Shown here: positions 36,820-50,682 of the stretch, in pieces | Position numbering within the stretch: the stretch's first letter is position 1 | How the letters are laid out: each line of letters begins with the position of its first letter | DNA from: Lytechinus pictus | Lineage: Eukaryota | NCBI RefSeq assembly: GCF_037042905.1 | Contig: NC_087246.1 | Coordinates: forward strand, 47,616,001-47,680,000 | Direction of reading: 5' to 3' | Length of the DNA: 64,000 nt | Notes under the pieces: model-generated | Database searches by the model: none | Told to the model about the DNA's origin: nothing | Seen by the model: the letters and a program-made list of their open reading frames with translations, nothing else | Made by a program: the position numbers and the translations under genes

Positions 36820-39090
36820 TCAAGTTTATTTATTTATCCTAAAAAGAATCAATAAGAAAATAGAACGAAGTTAACAATTATACATTTCATATCATTTTAG
36901 TTCTATTTCCAACATTTACATTTTTATGTCCAATAATACAGATATGTAAGCGATGAAAGGAAAGCAAATTTCTACGTACAAAAATTATATATAGCTACAA
37001 TTATCACATTAGCAGGTTGGAGATGGAGGAGACTGCTAAAAGCAGGAGCTTGTAGGGTGCAGCCTCCAAATAAAATTATTCTTGTAAAAAGTATATAGAC
37101 AAAAAATACCCCACAAAATTACAACTTGGGCATAAAACCAGGTAAAAGTAGAAATTTGGAAAATAAAGATTAAAATAGAAATAGAAAATGATAAAGAGAG
37201 AGATGTAAAGGCCTCTTGCCCCCGGCACTCACAACGGATCCCGTTGATCAACAGGAATTTACAGGGAAACGAAGGGAATGCATATAGATAAGGGTATCCA
37301 TGTTAATTTAAAAAAAAGTATAAGAGTTAAATCAATTAGTGATTATTTTTGAAAAACTTTTTTATTTAATTTTAAAAGAGTTTAAGCTTGCGGATTCTTT
37401 GATGTTATTAATAGTGCCCCAGAGCCTATAGGGCCTTCGAAAGTAAATATTGATTTTGCAAGGATGGTCCAGGGTAGTGGTAAATGAAATTCATCAGATT
37501 GACCCGTGGGATATTAGTGAAACAACTTTGTTTTTTATAAAACTAATATTGCGCGAAATTTTACGACAAATAGATTCAATAAGTGTTTTCCAAGATAATT
37601 TGTTGTCTATTATGAGACCTACAAATGTTGCAACAACTTCAGTATCAATTTTATCCAATTTGATATTGAATGGTAAATGTTCTAAAGAATTGCTAAAAGC
37701 ATACAATTTTTTTTTTGGGGGGGGGGGGTTGTACATTAATTGACAATTTGTTAGCCCTTATCCATTGTGCCAACCTATCCAGTTCAATGTTCAATACATT
37801 CACCAAAATATCAGGAGGATGAGAATAAAGTACATTTGAATCGTCTGTGAAAAAAGGATAAAAGATAATATTTTAGAAGAGTTCTGGATGTCATTTATAT
37901 AGACTATAAATAAAAGTGTGCCCAGTAGGCTTGCTTGGGTAACACCCTAATTACATTTTGTAGAGAAGAATTTCTGCTCATTTACGCTTACACATAATTA
38001 TTTGTTACGATTTGTGAGGTAGTTTCTAAACCACACCAAGGCCATCCACGAATTCCGTAATTCTCAAGTTTATATAGAAGTATTTTATGATTTATAGTGT
38101 CAAAGGCCTTGAAGAGGTCTAGAAAAACACACCTATGTATGTTCACAATTGTGAAAAGCTTTTGCGATAGTTTTCAACAAATGAGAGAGAAAAGCGTGAG
38201 ATGTATGTTTTTGGCGAAATCCAAACTGAAAATCAGAAATATTTATTCAAGATATTTGATAATGTTGTATAGATCACCCTTTCCATAACTTTAGATAAAG
38301 TAGGTAATAAAGATATTGGTCTATAGTTACAAACATTATTCTATTCGCCTTTTTTGTGCACTGGTCTTATCTTGGATATTTTCATATTGTCTGGCACTAC
38401 ATCATTTCTTAAAGAAAGATTAAATGTGTACAGTAATAAGTTTTCAACCCCCAAAAAAGGATTCCTTACCAGAAAAAATTTTGACAAGCCAAAAAAAAAA
38501 AAAAAAAAAAAAGGCCTTCAGGTTCAAAAGAGGGGGTACACATCTGTCCCCTGTATCAATTGTGACTCGTCAGGGGGGCAGTCTGCCCCCCCCCCCCCCA
38601 TAGGTACGCTAGTGGCCCACAGCTCTTTATTTTTTTAAGTTGTTCATTGTATCTATTATTACATTCCTATGTACTGGCACTAGAAATAGAGATTTCGGGT
38701 TTGGTTGGTGAATAAGTCAGTACATTTTTTGTGTGTGAACGGTATATTTCGGCAAGATTTTTCTTATTTGTAAAAGGTCTTGGTTAAAAATATCAGCTAT
38801 ACGGAAAGAGTCATAAATTCGACATTTATCATGTTTTATTGATATTGTTCTTGAAACGAATTAATTAGTTTTTAAGTATTTCCGTTTTTCACTACGTAAT
38901 AATTTGGTGAGAGTATTTGTATTTATTATTTATATGCGATGAGACTTCTCTGAACTTCCCTGATTAATTTTATCTGCATTGTATAGATTGTTTTTGCGAT
39001 TTATTGATCGTAATATTGATTTCGATATCCAAGGAATTTTTGGACTTTTTTTAGCAGGTGTTTTTGCATTTATTTATGATTTCAATATAT
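36820..39090 (-). pseudogene. Degenerate L2/CR1-group LINE ORF2 (reverse transcriptase) and 3' UTR
   Basis: Minus fragments PWISKSILRSINRKN; [28 protein letters not shown]; GVTQASLLGTLLFIVYIND; TDDS; WIRANKLSINV; FVGLIIDNKLSWK. Interrupted by a hAT-like MITE at about 38440-38614. Confidence 0.9.
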
Positions 39091-40801
39091 GAATCACGGT
39101 AATCATAACGAATCGAAACAAATACAAAAATAAATGATAGAATTAGAAATAGTGACAATAACATAATAGAAGAATAATTTACATAGATATACATGTAAGC
39201 AATAACAAATAATCAAAATACAGTGGCAAGCTATCGTAAGTAAAATGCTTGAGAGAAGAGCAGCCAGGGAAAGAGAGCTGCATGAAAACCATTATAGAGA
39301 AAAATTCACGGGTCAATAAAAAGTGATGTCACATAATTATTAAAAATGTTAAGAAAAAAGGGGGAAAGGGTAAGTGAAGTGAGTGAGTGTGGGTGCACGT
39401 GCATGTGAGAGTTTTACAAATATTTTGATACAAGATACCTCTTTTATAATTATTAGATCTACTATGTGTCTATCTAAGTGAGTAGTCAATATCTTCATCA
39501 ACATTATTATATGCTGTATTTGTATCTTGCAAACTAAACACATCAGACCATTCAGCGTCTTCAAGATCACATTTTAACCTCTCTAAATTATTTGGTTTTA
39601 CTCTTCAGATTTTTTTTTTTTGCGGCGGAGTTGAGGCGGGGTATCTCTTTTTGCTAACTTAAACGAGGTTCTTGAAAATATCGGGAAACGGTCTGAGATA
39701 TTAGATTATGAAGTATTCCCGACCGGGTATGATAAAGATAACAAAATGGGAAGTGTTCACAAAACACTGAATATGTCTTGTAAGATAGATATATGTCTCG
39801 TGCATGAGTGTTTGGGGGATAACTGACACCAATGTTCTCTGAGAGGGATTTTGTTTAGTTTACCTCTCTTCATGCCAGTTTTATTTTTATTGAAAAATTT
39901 TGTAGATTATGATCTTAGTAGATTATTAGAATGGCGTAGTGTGAATGAGAGGAAATTAATCTACAGACACTATCAAAGGAATACTTTTTTGCAAAGCCTG
40001 TATTGCTGGCAATAAAGAGAAAATTGATTATTTCGACTGCACAGATTGCATACAATTGCATATAAAGACGTGCCTCTGGCATGCTAAGGGGGAATAAAAG
40101 GCGTAAAGTTTCATTAAAATAACTGGAACAAAATTCAGAAAGAAAATCATGGTGTATATTACCGTTGTCATCATGTACTCCCTCCATATCATTATCATAT
40201 TTGTCATATGATTCATCATAAAAATAATATAATGTTCGACCGTAAATTATTGGGGGATGATAACACAGCCACCTCCCCCCCCCCCCGCCTCAAATATAGG
40301 GGGATACATTCCCCCCCCCCCCCTCCTTGATCCACACCTATGATCTTATGCAGATTTGAACAACACTTCGAAGAGTCACCAAACCGCCTTCTGTTTATTT
40401 TGCATTCTCAGAAAAATAGTCCAATTCATGGAGTTAAGGACAATGCCAAATAGTGGGCATAATGAACACAATCTTAGATTTAAAAAAAAAATAGGCAGTG
40501 CAGTAAATGTTTACAAGTAAGTGCCACCACCGTTCGCCTCCCAGCAGACCTACAATGTCCCATCTAGATCCAATATACAGCACGAGTATGTGCGTGAAGG
40601 CGTGTGCGTGCGTGAGAGTGTGGGTGTGGGGTGAAAGGGCGAAAGTGTGTGGGTGATTGTGTGAATTGGTGTATGATCGAAAGTGTGTGTGGCCGGATAT
40701 ATATATGTGCGTGTGTGTGTATGTGTGGGTCAGCGAGACAAGAGACTGTGCGTAAAAAAAATTATTTACTTTGCCATCGTCTCATTATGTACACCTCATA
40801 G

Positions 40802-42096
40802 TTTTTGTCTCACCTGCATAGCAGAGTGAGACTATAGGCGCCGCTTTTCCGACGGCGGCGGCGACGGCGACGGCGGCGGCGGCGTCAACACCAAATCTTA
40901 ACCTGAGGTTAAGTTTTTGAAATGACAGCATAACTTAGAAAGTATATGGACCTAGTTCATGAAACTTGGCCATAAGGTTAATCAAGTATTACTGAACATC
41001 CTGCCTGAGTTTCATGTCACATGACCAAGGTCAAAGGTCATTTAGGGTCAATGAACTTAGACCATGTTGGGGGAATCAACATCAAAATCTTAACCTAAGG
41101 TTAAGTTTTTGAAATGTCATCATAACTTAGAAAATATATGGACCTAGTTCATGAAACTTATACATAAGGTTAATCAAGTATCACTGAACATCCTGCATGA
41201 GTTTCACATCACATGACCAAGGTCAAAGGTCATTTAGGGTCAATGAACTTTGGCCGAATTGGGGGTATCTGTTGAATTACCATCATAACTTTGAAAGTTT
41301 ATGGATCTGATTCATGAAACTTGGACATAATAGTAATCAAGTATTACTGAACATCCTGTGCAAGTTTCAGGTCATCTGATCAAGGTCAAAGGTCATTTAG
41401 GGTCAATGAACTTTGGCCAAATTGGGGTATTTGTTGAATTACAGCCATAAATTTGAAAGTGTGTTGGTCTAGTTCATAAAACTTGGACATAATAGTAATC
41501 AAGTATCACTGAACATCCTGCATGAGTTTCACATCACATGACCAAGGTCAAAGGTCATTTAGGGTCAATGAACTTTGGCCGAATTGGGGGTATCTGTTGA
41601 ATTACCATCATAACTTTGAAAGTTTATGGATCTGATTCATGAAACTTGGACATAATAGTAATCAAGTATTACTGAACATCCTGTGCAAGTTTCAGGTCAT
41701 CTGATCAAGGTCAAAGGTCATTTAGGGTCAATGAACTTTGGCCAAATTGGGGTATTTGTTGAATTACAGCCATAAATTTGAAAGTGTGTTGGTCTAGTTC
41801 ATAAAACTTGGACATAATAGTAATCAAGTATCACTGAACATCCTGTGCGAGTTTCAGGTCACATGATCAAGGTCAAAGGTCATGTAAGGTCAAAGAACTT
41901 TGGCCACGTTGGGGGTATTTGTTGAATTGCCATCATATCTCTATAAGTGTATTGGTCTAGTTCATAAAACGTGGAAATAAGAGTAACCAAGTATCACTGA
42001 ACATCTTGTGCGAGTTATAGTAGTTTTCAAAATCAGCACTGCTGCTATATTGAATCGCGTGATGCAGGTGAGACGGCCAGAGGCATTCCACTTGTT
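40802..42096 (+). mobile_element. Helentron/DINE-1-like non-autonomous element with central 162/163-bp satellite
   Basis: Starts in a T-run. Subterminal inverted repeat gtctcacctgcat (40807) / atgcaggtgagac (42062). (GGC)n microsatellite near the 5' end, six central repeats, end cttgt|t, no TSD. Confidence 0.8.
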
Positions 42097-45000
42097 ATGA
42101 CAAAGTGCCAGATTTGAGGTGCTCTAAGTTTGTTTCGGGTTGCTGTTTTTTTTTAACAAATAATTTAATTTATTTTCATATTTTTTGCTAAGTGACTTTA
42201 AATCAATTTAGTAAAATCATCTTCAAATCATTGTATAGAATTATTGGTGGTAGTTTGAAACGAGTATGAAATAAGTTGAAACTATGGTGTTTAGTGCCGA
42301 GTTCACTTTTCACAGAGGCTACGGATTGTTATCTATCACATAAACTAAATCATTAGAATCTAGCCCCTCCCCACCAATAGATTCGCACCATTTTGGCAGC
42401 TCCCATGCAGTAGAATTTTGTAAATTGTTTCATTTTGTCTTTAAATGACCACTGATCGAAAAGGACTCCCTTTGGGATCGTTAGCTATTTTGCACAAGAG
42501 TTTCCACGTAAGACTCAGTAATAGCATAACAGTTTCTGACTGTATTCTTCAGTTCAAGAATACAATTTCACATTCATTTTTGTGGTTTTGTATCCATGAA
42601 TTTGAATTTGCGGCTGTTATCGCATAATCTAGATGGAGGCAAGGAGATGGCATTCATCTAGCGAAATCATGTAACCATCCTGATTTGTAAATGCGAGCCC
42701 CTGGAATAGAGGAAGGGGTTAAGGGGTAAGTTAAACAAAAAAAAATTGTCAATGCGAATCCCCTTTTCTTAATTATAAATTCCCTGCCCTCATCACTATC
42801 AGTGAAAAAATATTGTTTCAAGGGACAAGCGTAGCAGTTCATAATACACCATTTATTTCAGATAAGACTGAATTTAAAATTTGCAATTACAACGATTCTA
42901 CACCCTTAAGAGATCTCTTCCATATTAAAAAGAAATTGCATTAATATAATATTCATCTATTTCTGGAAGGGGACTAACATAAGAATTTTACAGTGTTAAT
43001 ATCAAAATTGTTCTGATTGATCATGCAGTTACTAAAACTGTAGTTATTTTTCTAACTTGATTTCTTTTTCTTCGGTGATTTATCTAAAGCCTGGTAAATA
43101 TGGAGGTTGGTAACAATAATTGATATTATTAAAGAGAAATGTAAAGAAAATAACCCCCTCCCCTCGTTTTTCCCCAATATAAACTTAAAAAATAGAATAA
43201 CATCGAAAGTGACTATGGAAATATGTATCAACCAAATTAGGTTTTCAGTATATTATGTTTGATTTTTAAGCATTCACAAACTACAGCCTTTTATCATAAT
43301 TCAGCTCCCGATATTGTTCAAAATATTGATAATAATTTGAGAACAACTGGTTGTGGGGAAATGCCTAACATATACCATCGTAATTATTTAGTTTTCGTGG
43401 AAATGCTCATCAATATTGCCTGTATAAATATCCTTGAAAATTTACCACATGAAAATCATATTTCATTCATTTCTGGGCGAGGGGATTTTACGTGACGTTG
43501 GATAAAAAAAACCCTTAAAATATTTTATATAAGTATGTGTAAAATAAAGAGAACTTAAACGGAAAGAATGATAAATTCAATTGATATTGAAGGCGAAAAG
43601 GGACCTTTCTAGCAAACAGTGTCAAACTTCCATCTAGTGAATTAAATTACTTTCTGCTAAAGTCCGTTCGATAAGTGATTTTCTTTGATGAGTACACTAC
43701 CCTTGGCTAGAAGGAAAGGTCGCAGACACAAACACATATTATTACAGGGAAACAAAGGTTGCAAGCCTGCAGTAAAAAAAAATGTAAGAAGAACATATAT
43801 TCATTTTACGACTTACAAAACAAGAGGTATTAAGGAATATTTTCATTGTAATTGTTTGCTTATTATTTTGATGCAGTAGAGTCTGATATTACGGGTATAC
43901 ATAACGAGCTTTCCGGGGTTGAAACTTCATTTATTTCAGAAAATACTCGTGAGCCCCTTCTCCCCTTCCATTAAAAAGCTATTTGTTCCATGTGCAGATG
44001 TGCATGTCACAGAAAACACCTGAACCAGTTGTTGATCAGATGAAAGGCAAACCAAAACCCAGATTGTGGATCAAGTAGGTGGCTCTCATCATTTTCATTC
44101 GGATACTTGAGGCCACTTTGAGATCCACGACTGCCATGGCTATATTATGTTGGTCTTTCCGGCGGTGTTTTGTTCAGTAAACCTATCGGGTTGTAAACTG
44201 TGGTTACAAGTCATGTGGGTTGATAGTGCTTAACGGAAAAGCATCAGGTGAATGGTTCAAGGAAGGTAACGCCATATGAGACTGGTTTGAGAGAAGAGGA
44301 CAAATTATGTTTTCATGCAATCGAATTTGTCTTCATGTTATACGAAACGGACCCTGCCTAGTAGTAGCACTACACACTAAGAAATAAATGTTAATGTTTG
44401 CACCCTATAAAGCATTGACAGCACCATGTAGAGTGTAATATTGCACCTTAATTGGAAAAAGGTGCATTTGTGCACCTTTTGGTTGTTATTTTGTACTGAG
44501 TGTGGGCAGGGAGGGGAAGAATGTACCTTTCTGTATTGATGTAAAAATATAAATGACGTATAGGGGTATGTGTATATGTTTATTGCCTACATGTGAGGTA
44601 TTTNNNNNNNNNNNNNNNNNNNNNNNNNNNNNNNNNNNNNNNNNNNNNNNNNNNNNNNNNNNNNNNNNNNNNNNNNNNNNNNNNNNNNNNNNNNNNNNNN
44701 NNNNNNNNNNNNNNNNNNNNNNNNNNNNNNNNNNNNNNNNNNNNNNNNNNNNNNNNNNNNNNNNTTTTACATGCAGCTTAAGGTACGTTGTCGTAAGAGG
44801 TGTATTATTGTTATCTCGGTCATGTCGGTAGAGAAGAGAGATTGTGCGAGAGGAAAATAGACAGAAAGACAGAGAAAGCGTACTTGTTTTGCTTTTGTAT
44901 ACGTCCCAGGGAAAATAAGTCAATTTATATTTTTTATTTAGAGATTATTCAAGACCTATTTCATTTCTTTCATGCAATTCATGGCAGCAAAGGTAAGAAT

Positions 45001-45129
45001 AGATGAGGAAGTAAAATACATAATGGATATGTAATAATACTCTGTGCACCATGCTATTTTAAACTTCTTAACCAAACAGCCTCTTACGTAGAAATGATGG
45101 CGCAGAGAGTAAATAGTCCTAATGTAGAG

Positions 45130-45630
45130 TGTGTAGTTGCAGTAGTNNNNNNNNNNNNNNNNNNNNNNNNNNNNNNNNNNNNNNNNNNNNNNNNNNNNNN
45201 NNNNNNNNNNNNNNNNNNNNNNNNNNNNNNNNNNNNNNNNNNNNNNNNNNNNNNNNNNNNNNNNNNNNNNNNNNNNNNNNNNNNNNNNNNNNNNNNNNNN
45301 NNNNNNNNNNNNNNNNNNNNNNNNNNNNNNNNNNNNNNNNNNNNNNNNNNNNNNNNNNNNNNNNNNNNNNNNNNNNNNNNNNNNNNNNNNNNNNNNNNNN
45401 NNNNNNNNNNNNNNNGTAGCAGTATAAGTAGTAGTAGTAGTAGTAGAAGTAGTAGTAGTATAGTAGTAGTATAGTANNNNNNNNNNNNNNNNNNNNNNNN
45501 NNNNNNNNNNNNNNNNNNNNNNNNNNNNNNNNNNNNNNNNNNNNNNNNNNNNNNNNNNNNNNNNNNNNNNNNNNNNNNNNNNNNNNNNNNNNNNNNNNNN
45601 NNNNNNNNNNNNNNNNNNNNNNNNTAGTAG
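45130..45630. repeat. (GTA)n microsatellite, mostly masked as N
   Basis: gtagtagta sequence flanks and separates the two N runs. Confidence 0.8.
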
Positions 45631-46334
45631 CAATATTAGTAATATTTATGTTGGAGCGGAAGTAAGCAGAGTGCGTTTAAACGGCTAACCCACTATAATA
45701 ATATCTCTTCTCGGGGCTCTTAGACACAACGTGGATGCATCAAAGAAAATCTCGAGACACCGCATTCAGAAACCCTTGAAATGAAAGAAGCTTCGTATAC
45801 ACCCACCAGAATGAGCAAAACAAAGTCCAGTGGCTATTATGTTACATTGAGGTAATAACCATAATTATCGAAAACATTGTCAATACTCAGAAGTATGAAA
45901 GTGTCATGGCTTTGAGAATCCCTGTGGGAATTATTTGAAGATACAATTTTCACATTTCTTTTTTTTTCATGTAATCATTCTTAGCTTACAGACGATCTTG
46001 TTGGCGATGGCAAATTCAAAAGAACTGTCTGCACGCATTTTACTTTACTTTTAACTACGTGAAGCATGTACTATTTTTCACCCGACCAACACCGTCGTGA
46101 CAGGTAAAATGATTGCAATTATATGCCCATATACAGCATTAACTAGCGAGATTGGAAAATTGTCGCTGGCATGATAGGTCTGGTTTCAAATCAGTGTCTT
46201 CGTGTTTTTTGGACAAGAGAAACATGGCCCTTTGAAGCGGGGGTGCTTGGAGGTGATGGAGCAACCAATAGATTCACCTGAGGATGCTACGTGTGTTATT
46301 CTCCACAGGTAGCACCCCCGGATTTTTTTGGCTT

Positions 46335-46463
46335 CAGTGGTGGATCTAGCTTTTTGTTAAGAATGGCTTTGACAAATTAGTTTGACACAATACCGATGAG
46401 CTGCGAAGTAATGCCGTTTTACCTCCCCCCCCCCCCCCCCCCCCCCCCGTAGATCCGCCACTG
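46335..46463. mobile_element. hAT-like MITE
   Basis: cagtggtggatcta / tagatccgccactg. Confidence 0.7.
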
Positions 46464-49400
46464 ATCTGCTTGCGCAACCCTCGTAAACAAGGAAGGGGTG
46501 TTGGAATTTTATCCCACGCTACTCTTTTATAATTATTTTAAGGGAGCACGAGGTGGGGTATTAAACTCCTAACCCCCCCCCCCCCTAGATCCACTACTAT
46601 GTTTGTCTTTTTTTTTCCTGGACCAGAATCACCTACATTTTGTAGCGAAACCTTTTTTTTATTATTATTATTATTTATTTATTTTTTTTTGCTAGTCAAA
46701 TTTAAACCAGCACCCCTGTTAAAAATCATTCGCGGCCTTGAAGAGGAGCAGTGCTGCTTCCGTGCTGATCCAGATATACTCCGCATTCATTTATAGTTAT
46801 ACTAGAGGAAGTGTGTCCTTTTCTCCGATTGAGATTCACAGCTTGATAGTTTAAAAGAGGTACATGAAATATCTTCAATTTTACTTTCGGATGGTTACTT
46901 TATAGCAAATCTACGGTCCATCTTTTTAAACACACGGTCTTGTAAATATACATTGAATTACGAAGCCCACATAACGCGAGACCTAAATAATGTTTTCAAT
47001 TTAAAAAGAAGAAAACATTTCATAGTTTTTATTCATATCTTCATTAAAAAGGGAGCTGTACTTTTGGGCCATAATATTGTATTATTTTCTATATCTTGAT
47101 GTTGAAAGCCAGAAGATAATTTTTGTTCAAAATATGAAACCGCTTGATTACATCATAGAGTAAATATACGTAACTTTGAATACATCTAAGTTCTGTTTTT
47201 GTACCATTGCCAATATTCAATTTCAAATCTTGATCCGATAGATCAACAACCTCAGTTCCGTCCATTCGCTCTGGACACAGAATGTCAACAGATTGAACAC
47301 ATGGACTGTTGTTGCACCACTTTTGTCAATAAGCTAAAAACGGGTTCTAATAATAGGATGATCGTTAAGGTGTATTTTTGTGAATCCTATTACTGAGTTT
47401 CCACGCTTGCACCGTTTTGGGGGATGAATGCTGTATCCGATGACAGAATGGATTTCTGGTCACTCGTAAGTGGGGCATTTGGGTCATTCATCCTTTCACT
47501 TTCGTCACATCTGACAACACCATTATGTTTTCGTGTCTCACTCAGAGAGGGCCGAAAGACGCGGGTTTTTTTTTTACTCTGAACAAGATATCTAGAGAAA
47601 TATTTAGAAATGTATTGTACTGGCCGTTTCCCATCTCAATTTTTGTTCAAGTGCCGTCATTCAAACAATGGGCTGCGCACCCGTGGACAGGGGCCACAGC
47701 ACCCACGCACCGAAATACCCTTTTGATCATATTGATCAATGGTACTAAAAGTTCCCCTTTTGATAGTAAAATATTTTTTGTATAAATACCCTTTTTATTT
47801 ACATGTTTAGTATTTACCCTTTCACCTAGTATTAAACGTCCCTTTAATTCTTATAAAACGATTACCCTTCTAATTCCCGCAAATTGTCTTATTTTACAAC
47901 GGTGCAATTCTCTTTCTAGTAATGTGCCCTTTTATCTCTAAGAACGATGATATCCATTATTTTAATCTTCTGTAGATGTGTACATGTTGGTACAGAGAAC
48001 AGACAGAAACTTGCTTTGATTTCTACGTATAAGCGATTTCGACAGGAATCATTGTGCCAAATCATAGTAGTTTGTTCACTGTCAAACTTCTGGAAGTTTT
48101 TTTATGCCTCGCACTAGTATTGATTACTTACTGAAGTTAAACGAGTGACATCATTCAGATTTGGAATCAGCACCCTGGAATTGACAAGAAACCATCAAAA
48201 ATATTGTATATACATGTATTAAAAAACAAGGTTATGCCTCCTCTAGCCTGGACTATTATATGTCTTGATAGAGGAGGAAAAATGACTTAAAAGTATAAGT
48301 TCACGTCAGCACTGACATATCTTTGAACTTTCAGTTTCAAAAGCGGGTCTGGCTATAGTCTCATGGTGCGTAGTGAGAGATAGTCTAGTGGAAATTTTTG
48401 TTTGTGTGTGAGGGGGCGGAGCGTTATCTCCTATTGGCTTAAGTTTTATTCGAATAAATCATTTTAAACTGAAATCAGTTGAACTTCTCTGTTTTATTAT
48501 TTTCTTGAATGTCAATCAACTACAATAATATTGGGTGATTTCAACTCCATCCAGTCCCATAAAATTTGAATAATAAGACAGTTTCTCCAATTATACGCAG
48601 GGATTAGTCTCATATTTATTCTCATAAATATAATAAAGTAAAGGTAAGAAAATATATAATTTAAAGATTCAAATAAAGAAATGACATTTACTTTCATGAA
48701 TAATTTTTTTTTTTTTTAATGAGGTCGAGATAATCTGGTAATGATCGGATATCGGAATTCCCGAGAACCAAGGGATGTAACGTCTCTCATTTGTCCAAGG
48801 TGCGCAAAAAAATAATGTCTTAGAGTGGTTAAGATTGCCGTGCGAGCACAAGATGAAAAGGTTCATTATTAAGATCAATACAGATTATGATATACACGTT
48901 TATGTGTTACCTCTTTATAATGTCCACCTCATCATTTAATCTATAGTTTACTCGGAAATTTTTTAGCAGATACTGGTCTAAGTTGTTGTTTTTTGTTTAA
49001 AAATGAAAAATCTTTAAGACTTATTTGTGTGTTATCGAAAATGTATTTTCTGTTTCCGCCCATGCATCATTTATAAGCAGTAATGTAAATTGAAATGCAT
49101 AGGACCAAAGACAGTGTCTTGCGGTAAGCCCCATGACTTTCCTGCTAAAGGATGTGGTTTTTATTTTCTTGGGGTGTCAATCGCTTGGGAGAAGGTGACG
49201 CCACGAAAATGATATTTATGGTGTGTTCTAATAACATAAATCTGCAAAATAAGGGGGAAATGTGATCGCGTGAACGTTGTCTGGGTTTATCATTAAGTGA
49301 ATAAATTAAAGACGATTATTGATTATTGTTGTCTTTATATATTGTCTTTATATTATTGTTGTCTTTATATAATTTTGTGTTTCGCTTCTAGATTTTTTCA

Positions 49401-50328
49401 TAAAGTATCAGAATAATGATTAATGTACACAAAATATGGGATGTTTATGGAATAAATATGTCGACCCTGTATTACCAATCCAAAATATTACATGCAGTAA
49501 TAAAATCACAGTCGCATAGTCATGAGTGATTCGTATGAAATAAAAATGTGTGGGTTTTACATATTTTTCTTTATAATGAATAATATTCTTTATAAGATTC
49601 TTATTTTTTGATGACGAAGAAAAAACCCAAAGTTTTTACAAGTCTGATTATTATAGATAAAAAAAATATTCAATAGGTTTTTTTTAGCCTAGACTGATCA
49701 AATCAATAAGTTGCATTAATAAGTATGATCATTTTGATTGGAGAGTGAAAATCTAACACAAAACCTTAGTGGGCTATTGATTTCATTGTTTTCTTCAAAT
49801 TTCCTATTCATGAGAAATCTGAAAAGGGCATATTTTAATTACAGCTCTAATAGCCTGCGATATCAAGGATTAAAGAATATCTAAATGATCCTCCTGTACT
49901 CGCGGTATTGCTTGGTTAATCCAGACTTACCGTTGGCAGGGTAGAATACTATCTAGGCATGATTATGTGACATATATTCTTTAAGGTGCATGGGAATAAA
50001 CAGAAAGTCTGTTCACAACGTAGGCCATATTCACTAGCTCTCGACCTAAAGTCTATAACCCCTATCTTAATGATTAAAATGTAGGTATAAACACACGCGC
50101 ACATATAGTCTAATTTGATATTCGGGGACTCACTTAATATCTTTAATCGCCGAAGCGGGACTTATGTTTGCGAGCCCATACGCTTAAAAAAATGTAAACA
50201 CTTGCCCGGCTCATTGTTTGGACATAAGTGAGTATAGACCGATAACCGGGAATGCTTCCATGTATCTACCCTACACACACAACTTAAGTTCTATAGGGAA
50301 GTTAGTGAACTGTTTACCAATCATGAGT

Positions 50329-50571
50329 TACACAGCAAAAAATGCGGTGTTAACCGGTGTACATAGAGGACCACACCAGTTATTCTACACCGGTGTTAAA
50401 TTGACAGTGTTAGTTTAGCACCTATAGGTGTTATTGCACCACCTTTGGTTGTTACATGTACACTCTTTGGTGTTATATTCAATATCTAGGGTGTAATTTT
50501 AACACCAGGGGGTGTGGTCCTCTATTAACACCCACTGGTGTCAGTTTTAACACCACAGTTTTTACAGTGTA
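50329..50571. mobile_element. TA-flanked MITE
   Basis: tacacagcaaaaa...tttttacagtgta; internal inverted repeat tagaggaccacacc / ggtgtggtcctcta. Confidence 0.8.
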
Positions 50572-50682
50572 CCTTTATTAAAGGATTGTAATGAGATGAG
50601 GATGGATTGCTATGGATATCTGGAATAGGACGCCTCTGGTTGCACCACGTCCCCGGTTGAAACAAAAATGAGAAAAAGTCTC

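Noticed and set aside
44486-45633. Long ORFs containing X runs
   Set aside because: Artefacts of N-masked simple repeats.
48165-48185. REST/NRSE-like TCAGCACCctGGA
   Set aside because: The right half-site is missing and the context resembles a transposon fragment.
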